NCBI GenBank assembly: GCA_964016885.1
Contig: OZ024740.1
Coordinates: 193,936,001-194,000,000, forward strand
Length of the DNA: 64,000 nucleotides
Source: Eledone cirrhosa
Taxonomy: Eukaryota
Direction: 5' to 3'
This document shows, one piece after another, positions 26,190-39,500 of the stretch. Made by a program: the position numbers and the translations under genes. The notes below the pieces were generated by a model that saw only the letters and a program-made list of their open reading frames with translations, did not search any database and was not told the DNA's origin. Numbering within the stretch: position 1 is the first letter of the stretch; each line of letters begins with the position of its first letter.

Positions 26190-27624
26190 TATAAACGGAA
26201 AATATGAAACAAAATTTAATTTCTCACTCTTAGTACGGTTGTTAACTTAAATATAAGTATTTATACGTTCATACATATATATATACAGACGTGCAGTAGT
26301 TTGTATATATATATATATATATATATACATACATGCATGCACATATATATATGTACGTATGGATTCACCGAACATTTATTATAATGCTCGGTGTGTTTGC
26401 AAACAAACAGCCCGAATTAAGCCGTACGGTGTCTAGCAACCATCGTTGCTCATTTGTTCAACACTGACAAAGGAACGCTGTACTAGTTTCAAGCTTATTA
26501 TCTATCGTCAGCAACGTATACCTTCCCTCCAGATGGTTGAACGTTTGAAATTATATACTTTCCACATGCATATTAATGGCTGAGCAGCCTAATTTGCATA
26601 TCCAGTGAGTTAATCTGCCGGGGTACTGAAAACGATAAACGGAAAAAATGAAACGTAATTTCATTTCTCACTCTTAGTACGGCTGTTACTTAAATATAAA
26701 TAAGTATACGTACATACATATATGTATACAGACGTACAGTAGTATGTATATATATATACATACATGCACACATATATATATGTACGTATGGATTAACCGA
26801 ACATTTATTATAATGCTTGGTGTGTTTGTAAACAAACAACCCGAATTAAGCCTTAAAGTATATAGCAACTATCGTTGATCAATTGTTCAACACGGACAAA
26901 GGAACACTGTACTAGTTTCAAGCTTATTAGCTATCGTCAGCAACGTATAGCCTCCTGCCAGATGGTTGAACGTCTGAAAGTATATACTTTCCTTATGCAT
27001 ATTAACGGCTGAGCAGCCTAATTTGCATATCGTGTTAGTTAATCGGCCGGGGTACCGAAAACGATAAACGGAAAGAATGAAACGTAATTTCATTTCTCAC
27101 TCTTAGTACGGCTGTTACTTAAATATAAGTATGTATACGTACATACATATATGTATACAGACGTACAGTAGTATGTATATATGTATACATATATGCACAC
27201 ATATATATATGTACGTATGGATTCACCGAACATTTAATATAATGCTCGGTGTGTTTGTAAACAAACATCCCGAATTATGCCGTGCAGTGTGTAGCAACCA
27301 TCGTTGCTCATTTGTTCAACACTAACAAAGGAACGCTGTACTAGTTTCAAGCTTATTAGCTATCGTCAGCAACGCATACCTTCCTGCCAGATGGTTGAAC
27401 GTCTGAAAGTATATACTTTCCTTATGGATATTAACGGCTGAGCAGCCTAATTTGCATATCGAGAGAGTTAATCGGCCGGGGTACCGAAAACGATAAACGG
27501 AAAAAATTAAAAGAAATTTCATTTCTCACTCTTAGTACGGCTGTTACTTAAATATAAGTACGTATATGTACATACATATATGTATACAGACGTACAGTGG
27601 TATGTATATATATGTACATACATG

Positions 27625-27659
<35 letters not shown>

Positions 27660-28592
27660 GTATGGATTCACCGAACATTTATTATAATGCTCGGTTTGTT
27701 TGTAAACAAACATCCCGAATTAAGCCGTACAGTGTCTAGCAACAATCGTTGCTCATTTGTTCAACACTAACAAAGGAACGCTGTACTAGTTTCAAGCTTA
27801 TTAGCTATCATCAACAACGTATACCTTCCCTTCAGATGGTTGAACGTCTGAAAGTATATACTTTCCTTATGCATATTAACGGCTGAGCAGCCTAATTTAC
27901 ATATCGTGTTAGTCAATCGACCGGGATACCGAAAACGATAAACGAAAAGAATGAAACAAAATTTCATTTCTCACTCTTAGTATGGCAGTTACTTAAATAG
28001 AAGTATGTATACGTACATACATATATGTATACAGACGTACAGTAGTATGTATATATATATATACTTACATGCACATATATATATATATGTACGTATGGAT
28101 TCACCTAACATTTATTATAATGCTCGGTGTGTTTGTAAACAAACATCCGGAATTAAGCAGTGCAGTGTCTAGCAACCATCGTTGCTCATTTGTTCTACAC
28201 TGACAAAGGAACGCTGTATAAGTTTCAAGCTTATTAGCTATCGTCAGCAAAGTATACCTTCCTACCAGATGGTTGAACGTTTGAAAGTATATACTTTCCT
28301 TATGCATATTAACGGCTGAGCAACCTAGTTTGTATATCGAGTGAGTTAAGCGGCCGGGGTACCGAAAACGATAAAAGGAAAAAATTTAACGAAATTTCAT
28401 TTCTCACTCTTAGTACGGCGGTTACTTAAATATAAGTATGTATACGTATATACATATATGTATACAGACGTACAGTAGTATGTATATATATATATATACA
28501 TACATGCACACATATATATATGTATGTATGGATTCACCGAACATTTATTATAACGCTCGGTGTGTTTGTAAACAAACATCCCGAATTAAGCC
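26190..28592 (-). repeat. Retrozyme-like tandem array, ~5.5 units of ~430-445 bp, one HHR per full unit
   Basis: HHRs at ~26475-26517, 26904-26946, 27333-27375, 27778-27820 and 28211-28253: ACGTTG CTGACGA tagc-taataa-gctt GAAA ctag TA CAGCGT. Same family as 9195-10672. Confidence 0.85.
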
Positions 28593-28856
28593 ATTAGAAA
28601 TGCGCAACCGGTAAAAATTTAAAACTAAAACTGAATACTAACCAATAGTTATTACTAATTTATACTTATTCCCAATTAAACTATTTTTCACTCAGAAAAA
28701 TTTGTCAGCATTTTCTTTTCCTTTTTACTCCTCTATTTCTTTTATATATATATATATATATATACATATGTATATATATATATATATAAATATTTATATA
28801 TATACATATACATATATATATGTATATATATATATATACATATAATTATATATATT

Positions 28857-28887
<31 letters not shown>

Positions 28888-29078
28888 CTATCTATTTATA
28901 AGACTGTTTATATTGTATTTTGTCTGAAGAAGGCATAACATATTTTTAATATGATATCCCTGAAATATATATAATTAAATAAATATGGTTTTATAAATAT
29001 AGTTTCCATTTATTTAATATCGTATATATATACATATATTTATTTATATATATACATATACATTTATATATTTATATT

Positions 29079-29119
<41 letters not shown>

Positions 29120-29340
29120 ATATATACATATATATATATTTATATATACATATATATATATACATATATATATTTATATATACATATATATATACATATA
29201 TATATTTATATAAACATATATATATATTTATATATACATATATATATATACATATATATATTTATATATGCATATATATATACATACATATATTTATATA
29301 TACATATATGTATATATACATATATATATATTTATATATA

Positions 29341-29412
<72 letters not shown>

Positions 29413-29471
29413 TGTATATATATATAGTGACGAAATATAAGTCAATTGTATGAACTCATAATCTTTTATTT

Positions 29472-29527
29472 ACTGTTATATATATTTCGATGATAGCCAT
29501 TGAATGGTTATGATCTCATCAGACAGT
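29472..29527 (-). ncRNA. Type I hammerhead ribozyme, same family as 886-940
   Basis: ACTGT CTGATGA GAT-cataaccattcaatggctatc-ATC GAAA tatata TA ACAGT. Confidence 0.85.
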
Positions 29528-29589
29528 TAGTCAGTTCTTAGATATGCCAGCTCTGTGTGTATAGTGTTGATGGTATCAGAGCCTTGGCA

Positions 29590-32500
29590 CATATGTACCG
29601 GCGGACAAGGGAGGCGCCGTAGTGGTGTAGCGCGCGGCCGAAGCCCTCAGGCAGCTCTGTAACCCCCTCTTTTACCGCCCTCTACCCTCCGATCCCACCC
29701 CCCTCTACCAACAACAAGTCTCCTCCACCATCAAATACCTTATCGCCTCATCCCTCCTCCCCCCACCGCTTCCAACCTCATCTTCCGCACCCCCGCACCC
29801 CCACCATCTACTTCCTCCCCAAACTCCACAAACCCGACAACCCCGGCAGCCCCATCGTCTCCGCTTTCAACTGCTCCACCGAACTCATCTCCGCCTTTCT
29901 CGACTCCCTCCTCGCCCCCCTTGTCACCACCCTCCCCTCCCACATCTCCGATACCAACCACGCCCTGCGCCTTTTCGACTCCTTCACCTACCCACCTGGC
30001 CCACAGCCCTTGCTCTTCACCCTAGACATCAAGTCCCTCTATAATGTCATCCCCCACGCCGACGGCCTTCGCGCCCTCAAACACTACCTCGACCTTCGCC
30101 CCTCCCCCATTCCCTCCACCCCCACCCTCCTTCGCCTCGCCGAGCTGGTCCTCACCCTGAATTGTTTCTCTTTCTCGGGTGAGTTTTACCAACAGGTCAC
30201 GGGGGTAGCCATGGGTACAAGAATGGGCCCGAACTATGCCAACCTTTTTGTTTGCCATGTTGAGGCCCAAATCTTTGCCCAGTACACCGGCCCCACGCCC
30301 GAACTGTACGGTCGTTACATTGACGACTGTATCGGAGCCACGACCCTCACCCGAGAACAGCTCGACTCCTTTCTCTCCTTCTTCTGCTCCTTCCACCCCT
30401 CCCTCCACTTCACCACCTCTATCTCCACCACCCACGTCCACTTCTTAGACATCTACGTCGCCTTCGACCCCTCCCACCACTCCCTCGTCACCTCCGCCTT
30501 CTTCAAACCCACCGACTCCCACTCTTACCTCGACTTCACCTCTTCCCACACCACCCACACTAAACACTCCATTCCATACTCCCAACTTCTCAGGATCCGC
30601 CGCCTCTGTAGCCGTGATGCTGACTTTGAGTCCTAGGCCCTTTCCCTAGTCAGCCATTTCATCCGCAGAGGTTACCCCACCCCCTTCTCTCGTCCACACC
30701 GCTCACACCCGCGCCCGTACTGTCCCCTGCTCCACCACCCTCACGCCACGCAACCGCATACCCACCCACCGTCTCCCCTTCCCCATCACCAACCACCCCT
30801 CCACCTTACCCCTCCACCGCACCATCCGCCGCCTCTTCCGACGCCTCCAGTCCGACCCCTCCACCTCCCACATATTCCCAACCCCACCACTCCCCTCCTT
30901 CAAACGCGCACGCAATCTCCGCACCCTCCTCGTCCACAGCTCCCTACCCCCAACCCACACTCTGTGTCCCCCCCCCGGTTCCTTTCCCTGTTCTAGGCCC
31001 CGCTGCAAAACCTGTCCCCACATCACCAACACCGCCACCTTCCAGGGTCCCAACGGCCACTCTCTCTCTGTCCGGCATGCATTCCACTGCACCTCTTCCA
31101 ACCTAGTCTACGACTTATGTCGGTCAGACGGGACGTCGCCTGGCGGACCGAGTCACGGAGCACCTCCGGGATATTCGTCTCGGGGGAAGTTCCCCCATCG
31201 CCCGCCACTTTGGTGGCCCTGGACATTCCGCACGCCATCTCACAGTCTGTGGCCTACTCCAGTGCCACGGACCACCCGCCAATCGCCTTACGGTCGAACA
31301 ACGAACTATCTTCATCTTACAGACCCACACTCCCCCGGCCGAACTCCCCACCCCTATTTCTTTAGCCTTCGACCGCCCCCTCCCCCCACACTTATCCCCC
31401 ACTAACACCACTAACACACCCCACCTTTTCACCGCCCACCCCACAACTAACAATACTAACACCTCCACTCCACCCCCAATCTGACAACCCTTCCCCAACT
31501 AACATACTAACATCCCTTCCCTCCCCTATTCTCCTCCTCCCCCTCCTTATCACACGCACACACCCACCGGCACATATATACACGCGCTCACACTAAACAC
31601 ACACCCTACTACCACCACTAACCCTCACCCCCACACCTCTCACCCCCACACCTCTATCCCACCACCCTGCAACTAACCTCACTAACAGCCCCTAACCCCA
31701 AGCACACGAACACACGCACCCACTTACACCACCCACCCCACACGCAACTAACATCACTAACACCCCCTAACCCCACGCACACGTACCCACACACCCTCGT
31801 ACACCACCAACTCTACACACCCTACCACCACTAACCCCCACTCACACCTGCATTCAACCCCTCCCCACCTCCCGTATACTAACACCCACTAACACCTCTT
31901 CATCAAACTACACACACACCAGTACACCACACTCCCTCCATAGAACCACACACATCCTTCTCTCCCCGCTCCACCCACACCCTCGCTCCACTCTCACTCA
32001 TCCCACTAACACCCCTACTAATACACACACACACACCCTCCTCACTCCAACTTTCACCCCTACCCATCCTCGCCCCTTTACCATTCCACCGACTGCTGCT
32101 ATGCCCTCTGACCACCTCCCAGCACAAACAGACCACAGCACTCCCACTGCTGACCACTTCCTGTTGCGCGCGCACCCCACATCTCTCTTCTTCAGACCAT
32201 CGCTTCATGGAATACCCACACGCAGAAATTGACCAATAACCAATCCACTAAACATCTTCGGAATTTACCAACTTTTCAACCATCCTCTTACGTAATCACC
32301 TATATAACTCACCCACACAAACACCCCCCAAAAAAATGTTCTACACACGCTACCTACACCCACAACACGCTTAAACCCCACACACACGTGCTTTCCACCA
32401 CATATTTACACCCTCAGCCACCTGATTCCTCTCACCCCACCCTTCTATCCACACACGCACAGACACTCCGACCCCCCCCCCCCCAAACACACCTCTTCCT

Positions 32501-32995
32501 AAACATGCAACCCCGTTCTTCCCCCAACCCTTACTTTCACATACACACACACACACACACGCACACCTACACACACACACCACCTTCAGCCCTCCCCGCT
32601 CGGACACCCCGTCTCCCTCTCCCCACTCCACCCGCCACCACCCCTACACACCCCACACCCTTCCACCACTTGTTTGCCCCACTTTTAATTTCAGTTTATT
32701 TTGATCATGCCTTTATTTTTAAATTTATCTCATTCCTTGTATTTTGATCATGCTTTATTTTTATTTTTATCTCTATTTGTTATTTTTTCATTCGCACCGT
32801 TTCCTTTCGCTATATGTCTCTCCACCACTCCCCTACACATCCTTTGAACTCTGTTCCCACACACTTCCCACCTGAGGAAGGGCTTATGCCAGAAACGTCG
32901 TCCCCCACCAACACCCCACTCTCCAGAGCGTGAAATTAATAAACATTCGTTGTATTGCCTCTCTGTTTTGTCCCTGTTCAAATTTTTCCATTATA
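29590..32995 (+). mobile_element. 5'-truncated Penelope-like element (Neptune-like) with long C/A-rich 3' region and HHR-bearing pseudo-LTR
   Basis: RT and GIY-YIG motifs to ~31370; HHR-like CTGAGGA a ggc-ttat-gcc a GAAA cg TC at 32872-32899; AATAAA at ~32938; ends in (TA)n. Confidence 0.85.
29600..31370 (+). pseudogene. Disrupted PLE reverse transcriptase + GIY-YIG endonuclease
   Basis: ADKGGAVVV; YFLPKLHKPDNPG.PIVS; LFTLDIKSLY; GVAMGTRMGPNYANLF; RYIDD; FLDI; FKPTDSHSYL; IPYSQLLRIRRLCS; RGYP; linker CSRPRCKTC; FHCTSSNLVY...YVGQTGRRLADRVTEHLRDIR...PIARHF. Confidence 0.92.
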
Positions 32996-33794
32996 TATAT
33001 ATATATATATGGTGGTGGTGGGTCTGGTCTAATGTGGTATTTCGGTGTTTAATATCAGCTTTGACCCGGGTGTCCTACGCTGTGTGTGTGTGCGTGTGTG
33101 TCCGTGTATACATTTATATGTGTATGGGTGTAGGTGGTTGTATGTGTCTGTATATATAAAAAAAAATATATATATATATATGTATACCGTCTCTGCATAT
33201 GCATGTGGTGTGTATACGTGCATATACGTGCTGAACATATTGATGTGTACAATCTTGTGATGTCCCAATGCGGTGACTTAATGGCTCTTGAAGCTATTTT
33301 TTATATATTTTCTGTCTTTTTATATATCTTTTGTATGCGCTACAACTGTGTCTGCTTGCTTTAACCCGCCTGCACCTCGCTTGCTAATGCACGTGAATTC
33401 TTCTACCTCCTTCGATGCACCTCTCTCTGACCATTGGACTCCTGCCCGGGTGTGAACCGGTTTGTGATTACCCCCCCATGACTTTCGAGTGAACTTTTGA
33501 GACTGCCCAACCTGGGACGCCTCCATTGCCTTGCAATGGTCAAGTGATACTGGTGACTGTGACACTTAGTGCCTTCGTGGGCCCCTGATATATTCAAGAG
33601 ATATATTCTAAAAAAATATATATCTTATCCCAATTTACTTTATTTCATTTTATTTTATTTTATTTCATTTCATGTTATCTAATTTTATTTATTTACTTAC
33701 TTGACTCCATTTATTTATTTATTTATTTATTTAAATTTTAATTTTAATTTTAAATTTAAAATTTAAATTTTAATTTTATTTATTTATTTAATTT

Positions 33795-33834
<40 letters not shown>

Positions 33835-34416
33835 TTACATTTAATTACATTTAATTATACATTTAATTATATATATTATTTTATTTTAATTTAGTCTATG
33901 TTATTTGATTTTAGTTTACCTTATTTTATCTTATTTTACGATTATATTATATTATGTTCTATGTATATAATTTTTAATTTTAATTTTATATTATTTTATC
34001 TCATTCCTTACCCTATATTTTATATGTAAGTTTGTTATGTATTTCTTTGTATTTCTTTATATTTTCTTATTTATATATATTATAAGTCTGTTTTTCACCT
34101 ATTTTTTACCTATTTTTTACCTACTCTTACCTAATCCCATCTATCTTATCTACTCTTGTCTGTTCTCTTATCCATGTGTCTACTCTTGTCTGTTCTCTTA
34201 TCCATGTGTATGCTTGTATGTAACTATATGTTGACAGCACCCCGCCACACTGTGACTGATAGCACCCCTTATTTTTATTTTTACTTTTACTTTTATTTTT
34301 ATTCTTATCTCTATTTTTAATGTTACTTCCTTAATATCCTTTATCGTCTATTATTACCTTTCATTCTTCAATGTCTTGGATTTGTTATTGCTTGTATGGT
34401 ATGTAATTAACCTTTA

Positions 34417-34462
34417 TGCTCTGATGAGTCCCACTTATAGTGCGGATGAAACAATGTTAGCA
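34417..34462 (+). ncRNA. Minimal type I hammerhead ribozyme at the end of an AT-rich PLE 3' region
   Basis: TGCT CTGATGA GTCC-cacttatagtgc-GGAT GAAA c-aat-g TT AGCA; followed ~40 nt later by (TA)n. Confidence 0.8.
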
Positions 34463-34497
34463 AGTAAAGATATGCATATGCGTTCTTTGTTATTTAT

Positions 34498-34573
<76 letters not shown>

Positions 34574-34592
34574 CGGGTCACTCTTGAGTGCT

Positions 34593-35260
34593 ACTGGTAA
34601 CATGTAACCCAGTACAACCCGCCGCGGGGTCGGTCGTCAGTGAGTAAACCGACAACCCCACAAAATTTACTTGTTGAGGAGAGGATTTTGGATATCTGCA
34701 GGACAAAAAACAAAACCTGATAAAGGGCGGAGGAACTCATAAAGATCAACGGCCATCCAAAAATGTGTAAATATGTATATACATGTATGCATCTGTATGT
34801 ATATGCGTGCAAACGTAGAAATAACCTGGCTGGGTGCCCGATCACGCGGTTAAACAATTGGAAGTGAAGGACCCGTAATCTTTGTCAGGCCTTTCATATA
34901 GGCGAAGGCATCTCAGGAAACTGGGATAACTCCGACATAAAACCTGCGGCTCGGTAGTTACCAATGATGTTGGTCTTTTCCTCTTTTCGTGTTATAGCCG
35001 CTGTCGCTCAGGGAATGTGTATATATGTATATGAATATGTATATATGTATACATATGAATATATATATGCGCAGGGACATAGAAGTAATCGGGCTGGATA
35101 CCCAATCGCGCGGTTAAACCACTGGGAGTGAAGGACCACTAGCCTTTGTCAGGGCATTCTTCTAGGAGAAGGCAAATCAGTAAACTGGCATAACTCTGAC
35201 ATAAAACCTGCAGCTCAGTAGTTACCGATGATGTTGATCTTCTTTTCGAGTTATAGCTAT
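34593..35260 (-). mobile_element. Dispersed repeat family A, two partial copies in tandem, inverted
   Basis: Reverse complement of parts of 24580-25017 and 18470-18660. Confidence 0.7.
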
Positions 35261-35261
35261 C

Positions 35262-35366
35262 AACATGTAAACAAAATAAAACAAACGGCACAGTATATGT
35301 GAGCAATATATTAGTATAACACATAAAATAGTAGGAAGAATGTCTTAACGTTTCGGACACTAGTCC

Positions 35367-35415
<49 letters not shown>

Positions 35416-35635
35416 AAGTGATGTCAACATGAATGGTCCTGTTATTTTTATCTAAAGACATTTTTTCCAATTCCATCCCGCCTGTCCCCTCAATCTATTT
35501 TATTTCTCATTCTTTCTTCTGATGAAGGAGTAGCGTCTGAAACGTTAATACCCTCTTCCTGCTATATCAAGCGTTAACGTAATATATTCCTACCATATAC
35601 TGTACCGATTGTGTTGTTATTTATGTTTACCTTTT
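35262..35635. mobile_element. Head-to-head PLE pseudo-LTR fragments around a (TA)n
   Basis: Plus HHR at 35515-35550 (TCTT CTGATGA agga...tct GAAA cg TT AATA); inverted copy 35262-35371 is cut inside the core; same family as 37660-37865. Confidence 0.7.
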
Positions 35636-35711
35636 ATATATATATATTATATATATATATATATGAAAGCACCGATTCTTTGCTTAAACTTTAATCTGTT
35701 ATTTTAATAAA

Positions 35712-35795
<84 letters not shown>

Positions 35796-36642
35796 CGTGT
35801 GTGTGCGTGTGCGTGTGTCTGTCTGTGTGCGCGTGACTATTATTCTCACTGTCATATATGCGAAATAAAATATGGGCGTCCAAATTAATATAAGAGTATC
35901 CATGAAGTCGACAATTAGCGCCAAATCACCTGAACGCCACCCAGACAAAGCACGAAATATATTTCCTTAAAACCAATCTCAAATTTCTTTCTTATTACTA
36001 GAACCAATCTATTTATAATACGTATTCGTCTTTTCTGACTAATTAGCTGTTCGAGAATCCCTCAAATGTAACATTGTAAAATGATATTCATGTTGTGCAA
36101 AACCAGGAACGTAACTGTAATAGTGAGTCTCAGATGCATAATATGAATTCGTCGACTGAACAATTAGATGCATAATGAATATGCTATGTACATCATAGCG
36201 AAGATAGAAAATCTAAGATAAAGTCAATATGATTACACATAATAAAACTCATTGCAATTGCTTTAACGCATTTTAAAGGTTTCTCTTATATATGTGCGTA
36301 TAGGTATCTATATGTGTGATATGTATGAGTGCCGAGGGCACTAACGATGAGTCCTCCACTTGATTCAATCAATGGAGCCTCCAACGTGTGAAATTAACAT
36401 GTAGGAGCTTATATTTAGGTCTAACAGAAACCTTTATTACCAATGACTATGGATAACACAGTGTGGTTTGATTGATTTTCAGTTGAGATTCTTTTTCTCT
36501 GATATTATGATATTGCTTTAGACGCAACTAAATCTACGGCTCATGGTGGTTTAATAAGAATTATCTATCCTTCTATCTATATACGTTTATCGTTTGGGGC
36601 TCCACCCTCGCTTCTCTCACTCTCTATCTCTCTCAATCTTTA

Positions 36643-36728
<86 letters not shown>

Positions 36729-36881
36729 GAGAGAGAGATAGATATATAGATATTATAGATATATATATATAGCAATAATAATAAATTTGAAGACAAAAAT
36801 CCAAAGAGGGCTCGATAACGTAAATATATATCAGATATATAAGAACCGTAGAGCAAATATTTATTAAAATAACAAATTAAA

Positions 36882-36930
36882 GTTTAAGCAACGAATCGCT
36901 GCTTTCGCCCTTAATGGGATCTTCTGAAAC
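36882..36930 (-). ncRNA. Hammerhead ribozyme with one core substitution (CAGAAGA)
   Basis: GTTT CAGAAGA t CCC-attaa-GGG c GAAA GCAGCGA-t-TCGTTGC TT AAAC. Confidence 0.6.
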
Positions 36931-36981
36931 TAAAAAGGTCAAGCTGTGAACGCAGAAGTAAATATTTCAAAAAACGTTGCA

Positions 36982-37632
36982 ACTGTACGGTGTAATTCGC
37001 GCTGTTCGTTTACAAACAAACCGAACATTATAATAAATGTCAGTAAACCCATACATACATGTATATTTGTGTGCAGGTATGTATATATATACATACTACT
37101 GTACGTCTGTATACATATATGTGTGTACGTGTACATACGTACTTACATTTAATTATGAGCCGTACTAAGTGTGAGAAATGACATTTCGTTTCATTCCATT
37201 TATCGTTTTCGGTGCGACCGGCCGACTAACTTACTCGAAATGCAAATTAGACTCCTCAGCCGTTAATATGCATAAGGAAAGTATATACTTTCAGACGTTC
37301 AATCATCTGGCAGGAAGGTGTACGATGCTGACGATAGCTAATAAGCTTGAAACTAGAACATCGTTCTTGTGTCAGTGTTGAACAAAAAGGCGACGATGGT
37401 TGCCTGAGCACTGTACGGCGTAATTCGGGCTGTTTGTTTACAAACAAACCGAACAATATCATAAATGTTCGGTAAACCCATACGTACATATATATATGTG
37501 TGCATGTATGTATATATATACATACTACTGTACGTCTGTATACATATATATATGTAGGTATACATACATACTTACATTTAAGTATCAGCCGTACTAAGAG
37601 TGAGAAATGAAATTTCGTTTCATTCCATTTAT
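36982..37632 (+). repeat. Third locus of the ~440-bp retrozyme-like family (~1.5 units, opposite orientation)
   Basis: Reverse complement of the 26.2-28.6 kb units; HHR at 37322-37364 has the cleavage triplet changed from GUA to GAA. Confidence 0.8.
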
Positions 37633-37659
37633 ATATATATATAATTTATATATGTAAAA

Positions 37660-37987
37660 TATGTACAGTATATCGAAGGTATATATTTGGTTAACACTTG
37701 ATATAGCAGGAAGGGTGTCTTAACGTTTCGGGCGCTAGTCCTTCATCAGAAGAAAGAATGAGAATTAAAAAAAATTAAGGGGACGGGGGCGGGGGGGGGG
37801 GGGGATTGGAAACATGTCTTTAGATAAAAATAATAGGTCCATTTATGTTGACATCTCTTGCAAAACTGTTGGTGTGTCGTTTTGTGTATGATTTATCTTT
37901 TAGAAAAGTGGATGATGGCGCGCGTCTACCTAAAATGAAAAAAAAAGTTTTATAAAAAGAGCTATACTTGAGCACGTGCGTACGCAG

Positions 37988-38034
<47 letters not shown>

Positions 38035-38530
38035 TGTGTGTGTGCGTGTGTGTGTGTTATTATAGGTCCGTACGAAGTTAAGAAGAGATATGTGTGTATA
38101 TGTGAGTAAAAGAGTGGTTGTGCATGTAAGTACGAAGCTATGACCAAAGAAAAAGCGATAGGAAACTAGGCGTGTGATAATGGACGGGGTATTAGAGAAA
38201 TTGGGGAGGTGAGTTAAGTCCAAGAGGGAAGTAGGACCGAAAACGGTGAATCAGACTTTGTTCATTCCTGGTGCGCGAGACCTGTGATCCATGATGTATA
38301 AGGATACCCAGGACTGAAACACGTAGGGAAGAATGACCAGGAGGACAGAAATGACGGGCGACAGGAGTATCCAAACCGAGTCGTATGTTCCTCAAGTGTT
38401 CGGGAAACCGGTCCGCCATACGGCGTCCCGTTTTTTCGATATATAAAACCCGCAAAGGGAACACCGGAGGGCATAACAACGTGGGTGGATGTGCAGGTAA
38501 AGGAATGGCGGATTGACCTCGATGTCACGT
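37660..38530 (-). mobile_element. 5'-truncated PLE: GIY-YIG C-terminus plus pseudo-LTR with HHR
   Basis: HSFTCTSTHVV...LYIEKTGRRMADRFPEHLRNIR...PVARHF...GH...EQSLI...PLGLN (38192-38510); HHR at 37718-37753: TCTT CTGATGA agg-actagcg-ccc GAAA cg TT AAGA. Confidence 0.85.
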
Positions 38531-38684
38531 GATTGATTCTTTTGAATTTGCCACCGACGCAGTAGGCAGTGATTTTCTCAATGGCTAGGAATTTAGTCCA
38601 CGCTTTGCTTTTTTCCATCCACTGAATTATTTTTGTATAAGTTCCCTGTGTCCACGTATTGCCTGGAAACTTAGCTGAGAATAG

Positions 38685-38767
38685 ACTTCCCTGATGACGA
38701 AAGGCTTCTCTGTACACTTCTTCGGAAAGTATGTTTATTCCCTTTCAGAAACTAATTAGTTGGGAGT
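38685..38767 (+). ncRNA. Type I hammerhead ribozyme, family of 1813-1894
   Basis: ACTTCC CTGATGA c GAAAGG...CCTTTC a GAAA ctaattag TT GGGAGT; flanks match 1755-1925 in reverse. Confidence 0.85.
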
Positions 38768-38815
38768 GAAATTTTAGTAAGTAAGATAATTTTATAATTT
38801 TCTTATTTTACGTCT

Positions 38816-38863
<48 letters not shown>

Positions 38864-39149
38864 AAAGATGCAGATTGAAATAAAGTCTATCGATCTCATT
38901 TTTAGTGATACAAGACAAAAATTGTATTTATCTATTTAATATACAAAATCTTACAATGTCATGCGAGGCCATTGTCATAATATAAACACAATTAAGCAGT
39001 ATCTAATAAAACCAAAATATACTGTTAAAGGGAAAAGAATAAAGAAAATGAAAAAGGGAAGACGAAAGAAGGATCATGTAATTAAAAAAACAGAAACATG
39101 GAAGGACAGTCATTACACGCCAGTCTGAGCGATTACTCACCAGCGTGCC

Positions 39150-39500
39150 ATGGTGAAAACAGCAAGGGCGTTACCGCAGAGACTCCTGCTGCAACACCCA
39201 CCACACTTCAAGGAGCTCCTTCCTCAAGCGTACCCCTGTCTTTCTGACTTTACGGTGTAAATCAGCATTGCGGGGACCAAGGACGCTAGAAATATCGACA
39301 GAGACCGGTGGAAATAGGAAGAGTTTGGTCAGGCATTTAATTGTCGTACTCTACTCAGCATTGTACATCGAATCCTGTGTTTGTGGCCAAATCGACATCT
39401 CTGGAGGCGAAGAAAGAGTGGCTGCACGTCATATCCTAAATTAGAGCTTTGCCGCATCAAATAGGAAGTGGGTTAATCCGTTTAATCGACGTTCTCCTCC
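39150..39500 (-). pseudogene. Degraded RLE C-terminus of a CRE-like non-LTR retrotransposon
   Basis: Across frameshifts: RRLNGLT (cf. KRPDGLT), GKALI*DMTC (cf. GK.L.WD.TC), FPPVSVDISSVLGP (cf. F.P.AVET.G..GP), CGNALAV (cf. RGNA..V). Confidence 0.55.

Noticed and set aside
28918-28976. HHR-like CTGAAGA...GAAA tatata on the plus strand
   Set aside because: Stem II is plausible but stem I and the UH triplet cannot be put in register; at best a decayed copy.
29740-32208. Gly/Val/Glu-rich minus-strand ORFs
   Set aside because: Antisense shadows of the C-rich PLE.
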